A stretch of DNA of 64,000 nucleotides, taken from NCBI GenBank assembly GCA_965205265.1, contig CBDBGH010000003.1, positions 832,001-896,000 of the forward strand, written 5' to 3'. This stretch comes from Alphaproteobacteria bacterium (GTDB taxonomy: Bacteria; Pseudomonadota; Alphaproteobacteria; Bin95). The notes below the pieces were generated by a model, which worked only from the letters and a program-made list of their open reading frames with translations, made no database searches and was not told the origin of the DNA. Shown in pieces: positions 20,590 to 30,966 of the stretch; position 1 is the stretch's first letter; each line of letters opens with the position of its first letter. A program made the translations under genes and the position numbers.

Positions 20590-21390
20590 ATGACTGCGAT
20601 CGTCAGCCTCGATCGCGTGACCGTGGAGTTTCCGGCGGTGGAGGGCGAGGGTGTGGTCCGGGCGCTCGACAATGTGAGCCTGGACTTCCGCGACAACGAG
20701 TTCGTCGTCGCCCTCGGCGCGTCGGGCTGCGGCAAGACGACATTACTCAATGTCATAGCGGGCTTCCTGCAGCCGACCTCGGGCGAGGTCCTTCACAAGG
20801 ACACGCCGATCCGCGGCCCGGGACCCGACCGCGGCGTGGTCTTCCAGAAACATGCCCTTCTGCCCTGGCTCAATGTGCTGGAAAACACCGAGTTCGGGCT
20901 GAAGCTCCAGGGCGTTGCGAGGGAGGAACGCCTCTCCAGGGCGCGCGAATATCTGGCCCTGGTGGGCCTGTCGGACTTCGAGCGCTATCCGATCTACCAG
21001 CTTTCCGGAGGCATGCAGCAGCGCGTCGGCCTCGCCCGGGCCCTGACCTGCAATCCGGACATGCTGCTCATGGACGAGCCGCTGGGCGCGCTCGACGCCT
21101 TCACGCGGGAGAACATGCAGGAGCTGGTTCTGGATGCGTGGAGCAAGACCCGGAAGGTGGTGTTCTTCATCACGCACAGCGTCGAGGAAGCCCTGTTCAT
21201 GGCGACACGGCTGATCGTGATGTCGCCCAGGCCGGGCCGGATCACGCACAGCTACGATATCGACTTCTGCAACCGCTTCTTCGAGACCGGCAATGCGAGG
21301 GCGATCAAGTCGTCGCCGGACTTCATCGCGCTTCGCGAAGAGGTGTTGTCGATCATCTACGGCGAAGAGATCGGCGACGGACCGCCATGA
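20590..21390 (+). CDS. tauB: Taurine ABC transporter ATP-binding protein
   Basis: [44 protein letters not shown]. Confidence 0.88.
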   Translation: MTAIVSLDRVTVEFPAVEGEGVVRALDNVSLDFRDNEFVVALGASGCGKTTLLNVIAGFLQPTSGEVLHKDTPIRGPGPDRGVVFQKHALLPWLNVLENTEFGLKLQGVAREERLSRAREYLALVGLSDFERYPIYQLSGGMQQRVGLARALTCNPDMLLMDEPLGALDAFTRENMQELVLDAWSKTRKVVFFITHSVEEALFMATRLIVMSPRPGRITHSYDIDFCNRFFETGNARAIKSSPDFIALREEVLSIIYGEEIGDGPP

Positions 21391-22280
21391 GGTCCGGAAT
21401 TTTCAGACGGCGCGCGGCGCAAGCGGTGGAGCAATACGGCGCGCCGGGGCGCGGCTCCGCCACCGTCATCAGCGCGGTCACCATCGTCCTGCTTCTCGGC
21501 GGCTGGTGGGCGGTCACGCAGCTCGGGCTGATCCGGCCCCTGTTCCTGCCGGCGCCCGAAATGGTGATCTCGAAATTCGCCAAGATCGCCTGCACCGACC
21601 ACTATTTCGAGCGGCTGCTGGTCACGGTCGGCGGCATGGAGAAGGTCGAGGCAAAGTGCTTCGGCTTCAGCGACCACGCGCTGCACGAGCACATTCTCTG
21701 GAGCCTCTACCGCGTTTTCGGCGCCTTTGCGCTGGCGACAGCGACCGCGGTCCCGATCGGCATCGCGATGGGCATGAACCGTCACGCGCGCGGCATTTTC
21801 GATCCACCCATCGAGTTCTACCGTCCGATCCCGCCGCTCGCCTACCTGCCGCTGACGATCATCTGGTTCGGGATCGGCGAGGGCGGCAAGCTGTTCCTGA
21901 TTTACCTCGCCTGTTTCGCGCCCATCGCCATCAACGCCCGCGCGGGCGTGCGCTCCGTGTCCATCGAGCAGATCCATGCGGCCTATTCGATGGGGGCGAG
22001 CCACCGCCAGGTCCTGCGCCAGGTCGTGCTGAAAGGCGCGCTTCCGGAGATCTTGACGGGCATGCGGGTCGCCATTGCGTTCGGATGGACGACGCTGGTC
22101 GCCGCCGAGATGGTGGCCGCCAAGGCCGGGATCGGCGTGATGGTGCTGAATGCCGCCCGGTTCCTCGCCACCGACATCGTGTTTCTCGGCATTATCGTCA
22201 TCGGCGCCGTGGCCTTCGTCTTCGACCTCATCATGCGCCGGATCGAACGGTCTCTCGTCCCGTGGAAGGGCAAGATATGA
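21387..22280 (+). CDS. tauC: Taurine ABC transporter permease
   Basis: DPPIEFYRPIPPLAYLPL, WFGIGE, GWTTLVAAE, C-terminal LVPWKGK; ATGA overlap with tauB. Confidence 0.88.
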   Translation: MRSGIFRRRAAQAVEQYGAPGRGSATVISAVTIVLLLGGWWAVTQLGLIRPLFLPAPEMVISKFAKIACTDHYFERLLVTVGGMEKVEAKCFGFSDHALHEHILWSLYRVFGAFALATATAVPIGIAMGMNRHARGIFDPPIEFYRPIPPLAYLPLTIIWFGIGEGGKLFLIYLACFAPIAINARAGVRSVSIEQIHAAYSMGASHRQVLRQVVLKGALPEILTGMRVAIAFGWTTLVAAEMVAAKAGIGVMVLNAARFLATDIVFLGIIVIGAVAFVFDLIMRRIERSLVPWKGKI

Positions 22281-22990
22281 AGCTGCTCGTTTTCCAGCAT
22301 GTGGAGTGCGAACACCCCGGGTCGCTGCGCCGGCTACTGGCCCGGGACGGTGTCCAGTGGGATGCGGTCGAACTGGATGAGGGCGACGCCATTCCCGGCC
22401 TGGACGATTATGACGCGCTGTGGGTCATGGGGGGCCCGATGGACGTCTGGGACATCGAGGACAACCCTTGGCTGGTGGCCGAGAAAGCGGCGATCCGCCG
22501 ATGGGTGCAGGAGATGGGGAAGCCGTTTCTCGGCATCTGCCTCGGCCACCAGTTGCTGGCGGACGCGCTCGGCGGCACATGCGGCCCCCAGGCGCCGCCG
22601 GAGATCGGCATTCTGGACATCGAACTGACGGAGGACGGGCGCAACGACCCGCTGATGAAGGGATTGCCGGTCCGGCAGAAATGCCTCCAATGGCACGGCG
22701 TCCGGGTTGCCCAGGCCCCGGAAGGAGCCACGGTTCTCGCACGGTCCCCGCTATGCGCAATCCAGGCCATGCGGGTGAACGGGAACGCTTGGTCGATGCA
22801 GTACCATGTCGAGGTCGAGCGGGACACGGTGGAGAAGTGGGCCGCGATCCCCGATTATCTGGAAGACCTGGTCGAGGTAATGGGCGAAAACGGCGTTGCA
22901 GAGTTGCGCGCGGAGGCGGAGCGGGAAATGCCCGGCTTCCTCAGCGCCTCGGAGACCCTCTACGGGAACTTCATGGAGGCGGCCCGGTAA
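22277..22990 (+). CDS. Type 1 glutamine amidotransferase-like protein
   Basis: QHVECEHPG, MGGPM, GICLGHQ (nucleophile Cys), QYHVE (His-Glu); ATGA overlap with tauC. Confidence 0.9.
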   Translation: MKLLVFQHVECEHPGSLRRLLARDGVQWDAVELDEGDAIPGLDDYDALWVMGGPMDVWDIEDNPWLVAEKAAIRRWVQEMGKPFLGICLGHQLLADALGGTCGPQAPPEIGILDIELTEDGRNDPLMKGLPVRQKCLQWHGVRVAQAPEGATVLARSPLCAIQAMRVNGNAWSMQYHVEVERDTVEKWAAIPDYLEDLVEVMGENGVAELRAEAEREMPGFLSASETLYGNFMEAAR

Positions 22991-22997
22991 GGGGCGG

Positions 22998-23810
22998 TCA
23001 GACCGGCCGGTCGCCCTCCAGGATGATGCGCCAGAGCGTCCGGGAATGCCGGCGGTCGTAATCGCCGTGGGCCCGGTGCATCGCGGCGCGGTTGTCGCAG
23101 ACCACCATGTCGCCCTGCCGCCAGCGATGGCGATAGACGATGCCGTCATGGATCGTGCGGTCCAGCAGGTCCTGCATGAGTGCGCGCGAGGCCTCGGGCG
23201 TCATGTCCTCGATGTAATGCGCCTTGGAGATGTGGAAATAGAGCGCCTTCGAGCCGTGCTCGGGATGGGTGCGCATCATGGGATGGACGGCGGGGATGTC
23301 GTATTTCTCGCGGTCCTCCTTCAGCGTCCGGTCCAGAAGGTGCCGGTCGAGCCGGTTGACGGTCCGCAGGCCCGCCAGGCGCTGCTGCTCTTCGGCATCG
23401 AGGCCGTCTCAGGCCGCGCGCATGTTCGCGAAGCTGGTGTCGCCGCCCTCCGGCGGGATTTCCACGCCGTAGAGGATCGTCGCCTTGGGTGGGCGCTCGC
23501 GGTTGGTGTGGTCGGTGTGCCACATGGCCGCCGGGCGTTGGCCGTTGCGGTGCCAGATGCGCCCGATCATCGGCTGGTCGGGCATGTTGTGCTGGCTGAA
23601 ATGCTGCGCCATCGGCGCGCCGAGCTGCGAGCAGGCGGCCAGATACTCGGCCGGCGTGAAGGTCTGGTCGCGGAACACCAGCACGATGTGCTCGGCAAGC
23701 GCGGCGGCCACCGCGGCCCGGTCCTCCGGAGACAATGTCTCCCGCAGGTCGAGTCCGCGGATTTCCGCGCCGAGCGAGGGATGCAGCGGTTGCGGCGCCG
23801 GGATGGTCAT
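22998..23810 (-). pseudogene. TauD/TfdA family dioxygenase interrupted by an in-frame TGA (23409-23411)
   Basis: ORFs 23409..23810 and 22998..23279 share a frame; LGAEIRGLDL, WHTD, GGDTSFAN, HPMMRTHP, WRQGDMVVCDNRAAMHR. Confidence 0.85.
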
Positions 23811-23843
23811 GCGCGGCTCCTCATGGCTCCGTCCCCCCGGTCC

Positions 23844-25082
23844 TCACTCCGCGGCCTGGGCGGTGCGGGGCGGCCAATCGACCTGGCGGCGCATTTCGAG
23901 CCGCGCGATCTGCTGGCGGTGCACCTCGTCCGGGCCGTCGGCGAAGCGCAGCGCGCGCATCCGCGCCCACATGAAGGAGAGCTTGAAAGCCTGGCTCATC
24001 GCCCCGCCGCCATGGGCCTGCATGGCGTCGTCGATCACCTGCAGCGCCATGTTCGGCGCCGCCACCTTGATCATGGCGATTTCCTGCCGCGCGGCCTTGT
24101 TGCCGACCGTGTCCATCATGTAGGCGGCCTTGAGCGTCAGCAGGCGGCACATCTCGATATTGATGCGCGCATCGGCGACGCGCTCGCGGAAATTGTCGCG
24201 GTCGCCGACCGGCGTGCCCCAGGTCACCCGCTCGGTGCCGCGCCGGCACATCATCTCGAGCGCGCGCTCGGCCACGCCGATGATGCGCATGCAGTGGTGG
24301 ATGCGGCCGGGGCCGAGGCGGCCCTGCGCGATCTCGAAGCCGCGGCCCTCGCCGAGCAGCATGTTCGAGGCCGGCACGCGCACATCCTTGAAATCCACCT
24401 CGCCATGGCCGTGCGGCGCGTCGTCGAAGCCCATCACGTTCAGCATCCGCACGACCTCGATGCCGGGCGCGTCGGTCGGCACCAGAATCATGGACTGCTG
24501 GTTGTAGCGCGGGCCGGTCGGGTCGTTCTTGCCCATGAAGATGAGGATCTTGCAGCGCGGGTCGCCAATGCCGGAGGTCCACCATTTGCGCCCGTTGATG
24601 ACATATTCGTCGCCGTCGCGCTCGATCCGGCTCTCGATATTGGTGGCATCGGAGGAAGCGACGCGCGGCTCGGTCATGGCGAAGGCGGAGCGGATTTCGC
24701 CGGCCAGCAGCGGGTCCAGCCACTGCTTCTTCTGCTCCGGCGTGCCGTAGCGCTCCAGCACTTCCATATTGCCGGTGTCCGGCGCGGAGCAGTTGAACAC
24801 TTCCGGCGCCCAGTTGATCCGCCCCATGACCTCGCAGACCGGGGCGTATTCGAGATTGGTGAGGCCGCCGCCGAGCTCGCTTTCGGGTAGGAAGAGGTTC
24901 CAGAGCCCCTCCTCGCGCGCCTTCTCCTTCAGCTCCTCCAGGACCGGAATGACCTTCCAGCGGTTGTCGCCTTCCTCCAGCTGCTCGTAATAGACCTCCT
25001 CGTTCGGATAGACGTAGCGGTCCATGAAGTCCTGGACGCGGCCGACCAGCTCCTTGGTGCGGTCGTTGTATTCGAAGTCCAT
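23844..25082 (-). CDS. Acyl-CoA dehydrogenase
   Basis: [47 protein letters not shown]. Confidence 0.93.
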   Translation of the reverse strand: MDFEYNDRTKELVGRVQDFMDRYVYPNEEVYYEQLEEGDNRWKVIPVLEELKEKAREEGLWNLFLPESELGGGLTNLEYAPVCEVMGRINWAPEVFNCSAPDTGNMEVLERYGTPEQKKQWLDPLLAGEIRSAFAMTEPRVASSDATNIESRIERDGDEYVINGRKWWTSGIGDPRCKILIFMGKNDPTGPRYNQQSMILVPTDAPGIEVVRMLNVMGFDDAPHGHGEVDFKDVRVPASNMLLGEGRGFEIAQGRLGPGRIHHCMRIIGVAERALEMMCRRGTERVTWGTPVGDRDNFRERVADARINIEMCRLLTLKAAYMMDTVGNKAARQEIAMIKVAAPNMALQVIDDAMQAHGGGAMSQAFKLSFMWARMRALRFADGPDEVHRQQIARLEMRRQVDWPPRTAQAAE

Positions 25083-25158
25083 CGGGCGGGTTCCCTCTCC
25101 GGCGTTCACAGTCGGTCGGACGGACCCTAGCGCAAGACGGCGGGTCCCGGAAGCCGCG

Positions 25159-26169
25159 CTACCCCCTGCCGGCCAGTTCGCAGACGGTGGCGTAGAGCCT
25201 GTCTTCGACCGTAATGCCCTCTTCGGCCGTGCGGGCGCGGTTCGCAAGGCGCCGGTCGCCCGGCAGCCGCGCATCGCCGTCGGCAAGCAGCCGCTCGAAC
25301 AGCGCCTCGACATGCGCGCGGAACCCGGGGCCTGCCAGCCGGACCGGGTCGATGGCGACGAAGGACTGGCAGGTGTTGGCAGGCCCGCCGTCATCGTTGT
25401 AGGCGGCCCTGCTCTCATAGCCGAAGAACCCGCCGGAGAGGCCGCCCGTCATCAGTTCCACCATGAGCGCGATCGCCGAGCCCTTGTAGCCGCCGAACGG
25501 CAGTTGCACGCCTTTCAGGATCTCGGAGGGATCGGTGGTCGGCCGGCCGTCCGGGCCGAGGCCTGCGCCGGGCGGCGCCTCGTGGCCGTCGCGCGCCGCG
25601 ATCTGGAGTTCCCCCCGCGCGGTCGCCGAAGACGCCTGGTCGAAGGCCATCGGCGGCCGGCCGTCGGCGCGCGGACAGGCGAAGGCCATCGGATTGGTGC
25701 CGAACAGGGCCTGGGTGCCGCCAGCGGGCGCCACGAAGCTCTGCGAGTTTACGAAGGTGAACGCCACGAACCCCTCCTCGGCCAGGGGTTCGATATCCGG
25801 CCAGAGCGCAGAGAAATTGAGCGAGTTGCGGATCGTCATGCACGCGATGCCCTGGGAGCGGGCCTTCGCGGCCAGCAGCACGCGCCCACGCGCGACCGAC
25901 AGCGGCGCGAAGCAGCGCCGGCCGTCTATGGCGACGAGGCCCGGAGCGGCGTCCAGGATGTCCGGTTCCGCCTCCGGGTCCGCGCTGCCGCTGCGGACCG
26001 AGGCGATAAAGCCCGGCAGGCGGAAAAGGCCATGGCTCTTGCAGCCGTCGGCTTCCGCGCGGGTGATGTGGTCGGCGGTCTCCTCGGCCTGGGCGCGGCA
26101 GACGCCGGCGTTGGAAAAGGCGTCGAATGCAAGCGCGCGGCACTCCTCCAGCGAAATCGTGGCGGCCAT
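25159..26169 (-). CDS. Ldh_2 (malate/L-lactate/L-sulfolactate dehydrogenase, DpkA-like) family oxidoreductase
   Basis: [40 protein letters not shown]. Confidence 0.88.
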   Translation of the reverse strand: MAATISLEECRALAFDAFSNAGVCRAQAEETADHITRAEADGCKSHGLFRLPGFIASVRSGSADPEAEPDILDAAPGLVAIDGRRCFAPLSVARGRVLLAAKARSQGIACMTIRNSLNFSALWPDIEPLAEEGFVAFTFVNSQSFVAPAGGTQALFGTNPMAFACPRADGRPPMAFDQASSATARGELQIAARDGHEAPPGAGLGPDGRPTTDPSEILKGVQLPFGGYKGSAIALMVELMTGGLSGGFFGYESRAAYNDDGGPANTCQSFVAIDPVRLAGPGFRAHVEALFERLLADGDARLPGDRRLANRARTAEEGITVEDRLYATVCELAGRG

Positions 26170-26246
26170 GTTCGATCTTCCCCCATATGATTGCGAAGCC
26201 GGTTCCGCAGCATAGACTTGCCGTTTCGCGATGAGGAAGCCGTGAG

Positions 26247-26999
26247 ATGCGCATCCATTCCGAGGACCTTGGCGGGCATGTGGCGCTGGTGCGGATCGAG
26301 AACGAGGCGCGCCGCAACGCCATGACCCGCGCGATGATGGTCCGCCTCGCCGATCTCTGGGACGAGTTGGAGGCGGGGCCTGCGCGCGCCATCGTGCTCA
26401 CCGGCGCAGGCGATAAGGGCTTCTGCAGCGGCGCGGATGTCTCGGGAGACCTGTCGGCCTCGCCGGAGACGGCCGCGGCGGTGGCGCGCGCGCTGCTCAA
26501 GACGAAGCGCTACCGCAAGCCCATCGTGGCGGCCGTCAACGGCGACTGTGTCGCCGGCGGGGTCGAATTGCTGATCTCGACCGACTTGCGCGGCGCCGCG
26601 CCCCACGCCCGCTTCGGGCTGCCCGAGGTCAAATGGGGCATCTATCCCTTCGGCGGCGCGGCGACCAAGCTCGTGCGGCAGATCGGCCATGTGCATCTTA
26701 TGGACATGATCCTGACCGGCCGCCTGCTGGACGCGGAGGAAGCCCGCACCATCGGGTTGGTGAACGCGGTGCTGCCGGCCGGGGAGCTTTTGGACTGGGC
26801 GGTCGGGAAGGCGCGGTCGATCGCCGCCAATAGCCCGGCGGCCGTGCAGGCGGTCAAGGAGCAGATCACCGCCGGGCTGGAGGAATGGACGCTCTCCCAG
26901 GAAGCGCGCGAACAGGCGCTCGGCGACCGGGTGCGCGCCTCTCCCGACTTCCGGGAGGGTGTGGCCGCTTTCCTGGAGAAGCGCCGGCCTGAATATTAG
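26247..26999 (+). CDS. Enoyl-CoA hydratase/isomerase family protein
   Basis: RRNAM, FCSGAD, KPIVAAVNGDCVAGGVE, FGLPEVKWG, EGVAAFLEKRRP. Confidence 0.9.
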   Translation: MRIHSEDLGGHVALVRIENEARRNAMTRAMMVRLADLWDELEAGPARAIVLTGAGDKGFCSGADVSGDLSASPETAAAVARALLKTKRYRKPIVAAVNGDCVAGGVELLISTDLRGAAPHARFGLPEVKWGIYPFGGAATKLVRQIGHVHLMDMILTGRLLDAEEARTIGLVNAVLPAGELLDWAVGKARSIAANSPAAVQAVKEQITAGLEEWTLSQEAREQALGDRVRASPDFREGVAAFLEKRRPEY

Positions 27000-27134
27000 C
27001 CCGCGCCCCATGGACCTCCCGGCCCGCCTGCGCCATATGTTTGCCCCATTCGGCAGTCCGCCGCTAAGAGGCCGTTTGAAAATAGTGTCCATGCAAGGTC
27101 CGGTCCGGTTCCGTCATACCCGAACGCCGCTCCG

Positions 27135-27213
27135 CGTCATGCCCGGACTTGTTCCGGGCATCCATGCGGCCGCCCGGTGGAGAGAGATGCCCGGAACAAG
27201 TCCGGGCATGACG
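27135..27213. repeat. REP-like palindromic repeat (same family as 8993-9080)
   Basis: Perfect 28-bp inverted repeat CGTCATGCCCGGACTTGTTCCGGGCATC / GATGCCCGGAACAAGTCCGGGCATGACG. Confidence 0.9.
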
Positions 27214-27293
27214 GGAAAAGGGACGGGGCAACGCCTCCAGCCCTGCCTTGAGGCACCCGGACGCCAATTCCCGAACGGACACCAGGGTCGCGC

Positions 27294-29717
27294 ATGATGG
27301 AACTCCTGCAATATATCGACCGACGCCCGGAGCCCGGCGAAGCGCTGGCGCTTGCCGGTTGCGGCGACCTCGAAGGCCTGATGGATGCCGCGTCGCAGTT
27401 GCGCGACCGGCTGCACGGGTCGCGCATCAGCTATTCGCGCAAGGTGTTCATCCCGCTGACGCATCTCTGTCGCGACGTCTGCCACTACTGCACCTTCGCC
27501 AAGCCGCCGCGCCGGGGCGAGAGCGCCTATATGACGCCGGAGCAGGTGCTCGAGGTCGCGAGGGCGGGTGCTGCGGCCGGTTGCAAGGAAGCGCTGTTCA
27601 CCTTGGGCGACAAGCCGGAGCGGCGCTACCGCGCGGCGCGGGAGGCGCTCGCCGGACTCGGCTACGAAACGACGCTCGACTATCTGAAGGCCATGGCGCA
27701 ACTGGTCTTCGAAGAGACCGGCCTGCTGCCGCACCTCAATCCCGGCCTGATGACGGCCGACGAACTGGCGGGGCTGCGCGGCGTCTCGGCCTCGATGGGC
27801 ATCATGCTGGAAAGCGCCTCGGACCGGCTATGCGAAAAGGGCATGCCGCATTACGGCTCGCCGGACAAGCTGCCCGCGCGCCGCCTGGAGACCATCCGGC
27901 TCGCCGGCGAGGCGAAGGTGCCGTTCACCTCCGGCATCCTGATCGGCATCGGCGAAACGCGGCAGGAGCGCATCGAGGCGTTGCTGGCGCTGCGCGAGAT
28001 CGACGACGCGACAGGCGCGGTGCAGGAGATCATCGTTCAGAACTTCCGCGCCAAGCCGGACACGAAAATGGCCGATGCGCCGGAGCCCGGCCCGGACGAA
28101 CTGCTCTGGACCATCGCCGTCGCACGGCTGGTCTTCGGCCCGGCCGCCTCGATCCAGGCGCCGCCCAACCTGTCGCCCGGCGCGCTCGGCCCTATCGTGG
28201 CGGCGGGCATCGACGACTGGGGCGGCGTCTCGCCGGTGACGCCGGACTTCGTCAACCCGGAAGCGCCCTGGCCGCATCTGGAAGTGTTGGCGCGCGAAAC
28301 GGCCGCAGCCGGCAAGCAACTGGTCGAGCGGCTGACAGTCTATCCGCCCTATCTGAACGACGAGTGGCTGGCGCCGGCCATGCTGACGCGGGCGCTGCAG
28401 CTTTCCGATTCCGAGGGTCTGGCGCGGCCGGACGACTGGTCGCCGGGCGAGCTGACGGCGCCCGAGCCGATCCTGCGGCGGGGTGCTGCGAGCGCGGATG
28501 TCGCGGCGGTCCTTGCGGACGCCGAAGCGGGCGCGGCGCTGGACGAGGCCGCCATCGTGCGGCTGTTCCAGGCCCGCGACGACGACTTTCACGCCGTAAC
28601 GGAGGCCGCCGACCGGGTCCGGGAGCGGCTCGCGGGCGATACCGTCACCTATGTGGTGAACCGCAACATCAACTACACCAATGTCTGCTACTTCAAATGC
28701 CAGTTCTGCGCGTTCTCGAAGGGCAGGCTCTCCGAGAACCTGCGCGGCCGCCCCTACGACTTGGACCTCGATGAAATCCGCCGCCGCGTCTCCGAGGCCT
28801 GGGATCGGGGCGCGACCGAAGTCTGCATGCAGGGCGGCATCCACCCGGACTACACGGGCCGGACCTATCTCGACATTCTGGATGCGGTGAAGTCGGCGGC
28901 GCCCGATATCCATGTCCACGCCTTCACGCCGCTCGAAGTGTTCCAGGGCGCGCACACGCTCGGCGTCCCGGTCGAATCCTTCCTGCGCGACCTGAAGGCC
29001 GCCGGCCTCGGCACCCTGCCGGGCACGGCGGCGGAAGTGCTGGACGACGAGGTGCGCCGGATCATCTGCCCGGACAAGATCGACACGCAGCAATGGCTGG
29101 ATGTCATGGAGACCGCGCACGGCCTCGGCATCCGGTCCACGGCGACGATCATGTACGGCCATGTCGAGCGGCCGGTCCACTGGGCCCGCCACCTGCTCCG
29201 CTTGCGCGCTCTCCAGGCGCGTACGGGCGGCTTTACCGAATTCGTGCCGCTGCCCTTCGTTCACATGGAGGCGCCGATCTACCTGAAGGGCCGGGCGCGC
29301 AAGGGGCCGACCTTCCGCGAGGCGGTGTTGATGCATGCCGTCGCGCGCCTCGCGCTGGCGCCCCATTTCGTCAATATCCAGACCTCCTGGGTCAAGATGG
29401 GGCCGGACGGCATTGCGGCGGCGCTGGCGGCCGGCGCGAACGACCTAGGCGGCACCTTGATGAACGAGAGCATCACCCGCGCCGCCGGCACGGTCCACGG
29501 GCAGGAAATGGCCCCGCACCGCATGGAAGAGACCATCCGCGCGGCCGGGCGCCGGCCGGTGCAGCGAACCACGGATTACGGCCGTCCGCCGGAAAGGCAG
29601 GTCCTGCGCTCCCGCCAGGCCGCCCCGCTCGCCGATGTGGTGGAAACGCCCGCCCGCAAATACGAACGCGCCGCCCCCCGCGTCCTTTACCGACCGGGTT
29701 TGACCGCGGCGGAGTAG
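27294..29717 (+). CDS. fbiC: Bifunctional FO synthase (CofG-CofH fusion)
   Basis: Two radical SAM motifs, CRDVCHYC and CYFKCQFC; DDWGGVSPVTPD, NRNINYTN, GANDLGGTLMNESI. Confidence 0.93.
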   Translation: MMELLQYIDRRPEPGEALALAGCGDLEGLMDAASQLRDRLHGSRISYSRKVFIPLTHLCRDVCHYCTFAKPPRRGESAYMTPEQVLEVARAGAAAGCKEALFTLGDKPERRYRAAREALAGLGYETTLDYLKAMAQLVFEETGLLPHLNPGLMTADELAGLRGVSASMGIMLESASDRLCEKGMPHYGSPDKLPARRLETIRLAGEAKVPFTSGILIGIGETRQERIEALLALREIDDATGAVQEIIVQNFRAKPDTKMADAPEPGPDELLWTIAVARLVFGPAASIQAPPNLSPGALGPIVAAGIDDWGGVSPVTPDFVNPEAPWPHLEVLARETAAAGKQLVERLTVYPPYLNDEWLAPAMLTRALQLSDSEGLARPDDWSPGELTAPEPILRRGAASADVAAVLADAEAGAALDEAAIVRLFQARDDDFHAVTEAADRVRERLAGDTVTYVVNRNINYTNVCYFKCQFCAFSKGRLSENLRGRPYDLDLDEIRRRVSEAWDRGATEVCMQGGIHPDYTGRTYLDILDAVKSAAPDIHVHAFTPLEVFQGAHTLGVPVESFLRDLKAAGLGTLPGTAAEVLDDEVRRIICPDKIDTQQWLDVMETAHGLGIRSTATIMYGHVERPVHWARHLLRLRALQARTGGFTEFVPLPFVHMEAPIYLKGRARKGPTFREAVLMHAVARLALAPHFVNIQTSWVKMGPDGIAAALAAGANDLGGTLMNESITRAAGTVHGQEMAPHRMEETIRAAGRRPVQRTTDYGRPPERQVLRSRQAAPLADVVETPARKYERAAPRVLYRPGLTAAE

Positions 29718-29750
29718 GCGAGACCGCGTCCCCGATCGGGGAATGCGTCT

Positions 29751-30080
29751 TTAGCTGAGCAACTCCACCGGCTCGTCGAGCGGGTGGCGGCCTTCGCGGT
29801 CTTCTATTTCGAGCACCCAGATGTCGGGGTCGCGGGCGGTTTCGCGGGCGATTTCCTCGTCGGCCTCGGCCTCGGGGCCCGGCGGGCGGGCGAGCCAGCG
29901 GCGATGGTCGCCGTCGGTCCAGGCCGGGCGGAGGAGTTGGGCGGTGCCGTCGAGGCGGTTGAGCTTCAGCAGCACCGCGCCCGCCCCGTCGAAGCCGCGC
30001 CGCGCCACCTGTGCCGCGCAGCCCCGGACCGAAGCCGCGCGGATGCAGGCCTGGATATAGACGCGGGGCGTCAGCGCCAA
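29751..30080 (-). CDS. DUF1491 family protein
   Basis: VARRGFDGAGAVLLK and DPDIWVLEIEDREGR, typical of this alphaproteobacterial family. Confidence 0.8.
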   Translation of the reverse strand: MALTPRVYIQACIRAASVRGCAAQVARRGFDGAGAVLLKLNRLDGTAQLLRPAWTDGDHRRWLARPPGPEAEADEEIARETARDPDIWVLEIEDREGRHPLDEPVELLS

Positions 30081-30094
30081 GGCGGCACCGGAGC

Positions 30095-30961
30095 TCAGGC
30101 GTGGCCGGGCACGATGTGCCGGGCGGGAGACGGCCGGAAGGTCGCGCGCTTCAGCCAGCGGTTTTGCGCCGGGTCGAAATCGTCGCGCTTGTGCAGGAGG
30201 AAGCCGTTATCCCAGAGCACGGTGTCGCCGACCTGCCAGCGGTGCCGGTAGACGAAGCGCGGCTCGGTCGCATGCGCGATCAACCGGTCGAGCAGGGCGC
30301 GGCCCTCTTCCGCCTCCATGCCCTCGATACCGGACATGGTGCCGGGATCGAGATAGAGCGCCTTGCGGCCGGTCACGGGATGGGTGTGCACCAGCGGATG
30401 GGTGACATCCGGCGTGCGCCGGCGGATTTCCTCCTCGGCCATCTTGTCGATCTCGCCATAGCCGGCCACCCGCACGGCGTAGCTGAAGACGCCGCGCCTG
30501 CCGTCGATCCGGGCCTTCGTGTCGTCGTCGAGAGCCGCATAGGCGGCTTCCAGGTTCGCCCAGCTTGTCGGCGCCTGCCCGGCCCGGGACTCGACGCAGT
30601 AGAGCAGCGAGCCGGTCGCCGGATCGGTCATGTAGGACTGGTCGGAATGCCAGGCGAGCTCGCCCTGGCCGATGCCCCCGATGGTGTCGCCGCCGGGGCT
30701 GCGCATGTTGGAGATATAGGTGATCTCCGGCTGGTATTTCGACGCCCAGTCCTCGCGCACGATCAGCTCCAGCGCGCCGAACCAGGAGGCGGCCTCCGCA
30801 ATTTCGGCCTCGGAGAGCGCCTGCCGGCGGAACACCAGCACGCCGTGTTCGGCAAGCGCCAGATCGAGCGCTTCCCGCGTCTTCTCGTCCTGCGGCTCGT
30901 GAAGGGCGATGCCCTCCACGAGTCTCGCAAAGCCGCCGTCGGCAGGCGTGAGTTTCAGCAT
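30095..30961 (-). CDS. TauD/TfdA family dioxygenase
   Basis: HGVLVFRRQ, WHSDQS, HPLVHTHPVTGRKALY, WQVGDTVLWDN..LH. Confidence 0.9.
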   Translation of the reverse strand: MLKLTPADGGFARLVEGIALHEPQDEKTREALDLALAEHGVLVFRRQALSEAEIAEAASWFGALELIVREDWASKYQPEITYISNMRSPGGDTIGGIGQGELAWHSDQSYMTDPATGSLLYCVESRAGQAPTSWANLEAAYAALDDDTKARIDGRRGVFSYAVRVAGYGEIDKMAEEEIRRRTPDVTHPLVHTHPVTGRKALYLDPGTMSGIEGMEAEEGRALLDRLIAHATEPRFVYRHRWQVGDTVLWDNGFLLHKRDDFDPAQNRWLKRATFRPSPARHIVPGHA

Positions 30962-30966
30962 GGCCG

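Noticed and set aside
23360-23411. Selenocysteine or programmed read-through at the tauD TGA (a GC stem can be drawn downstream)
   Set aside because: The position is W/Y, not Cys, in the paralogues; such stems are expected by chance at this GC content; other genes here use TGA as a normal stop.
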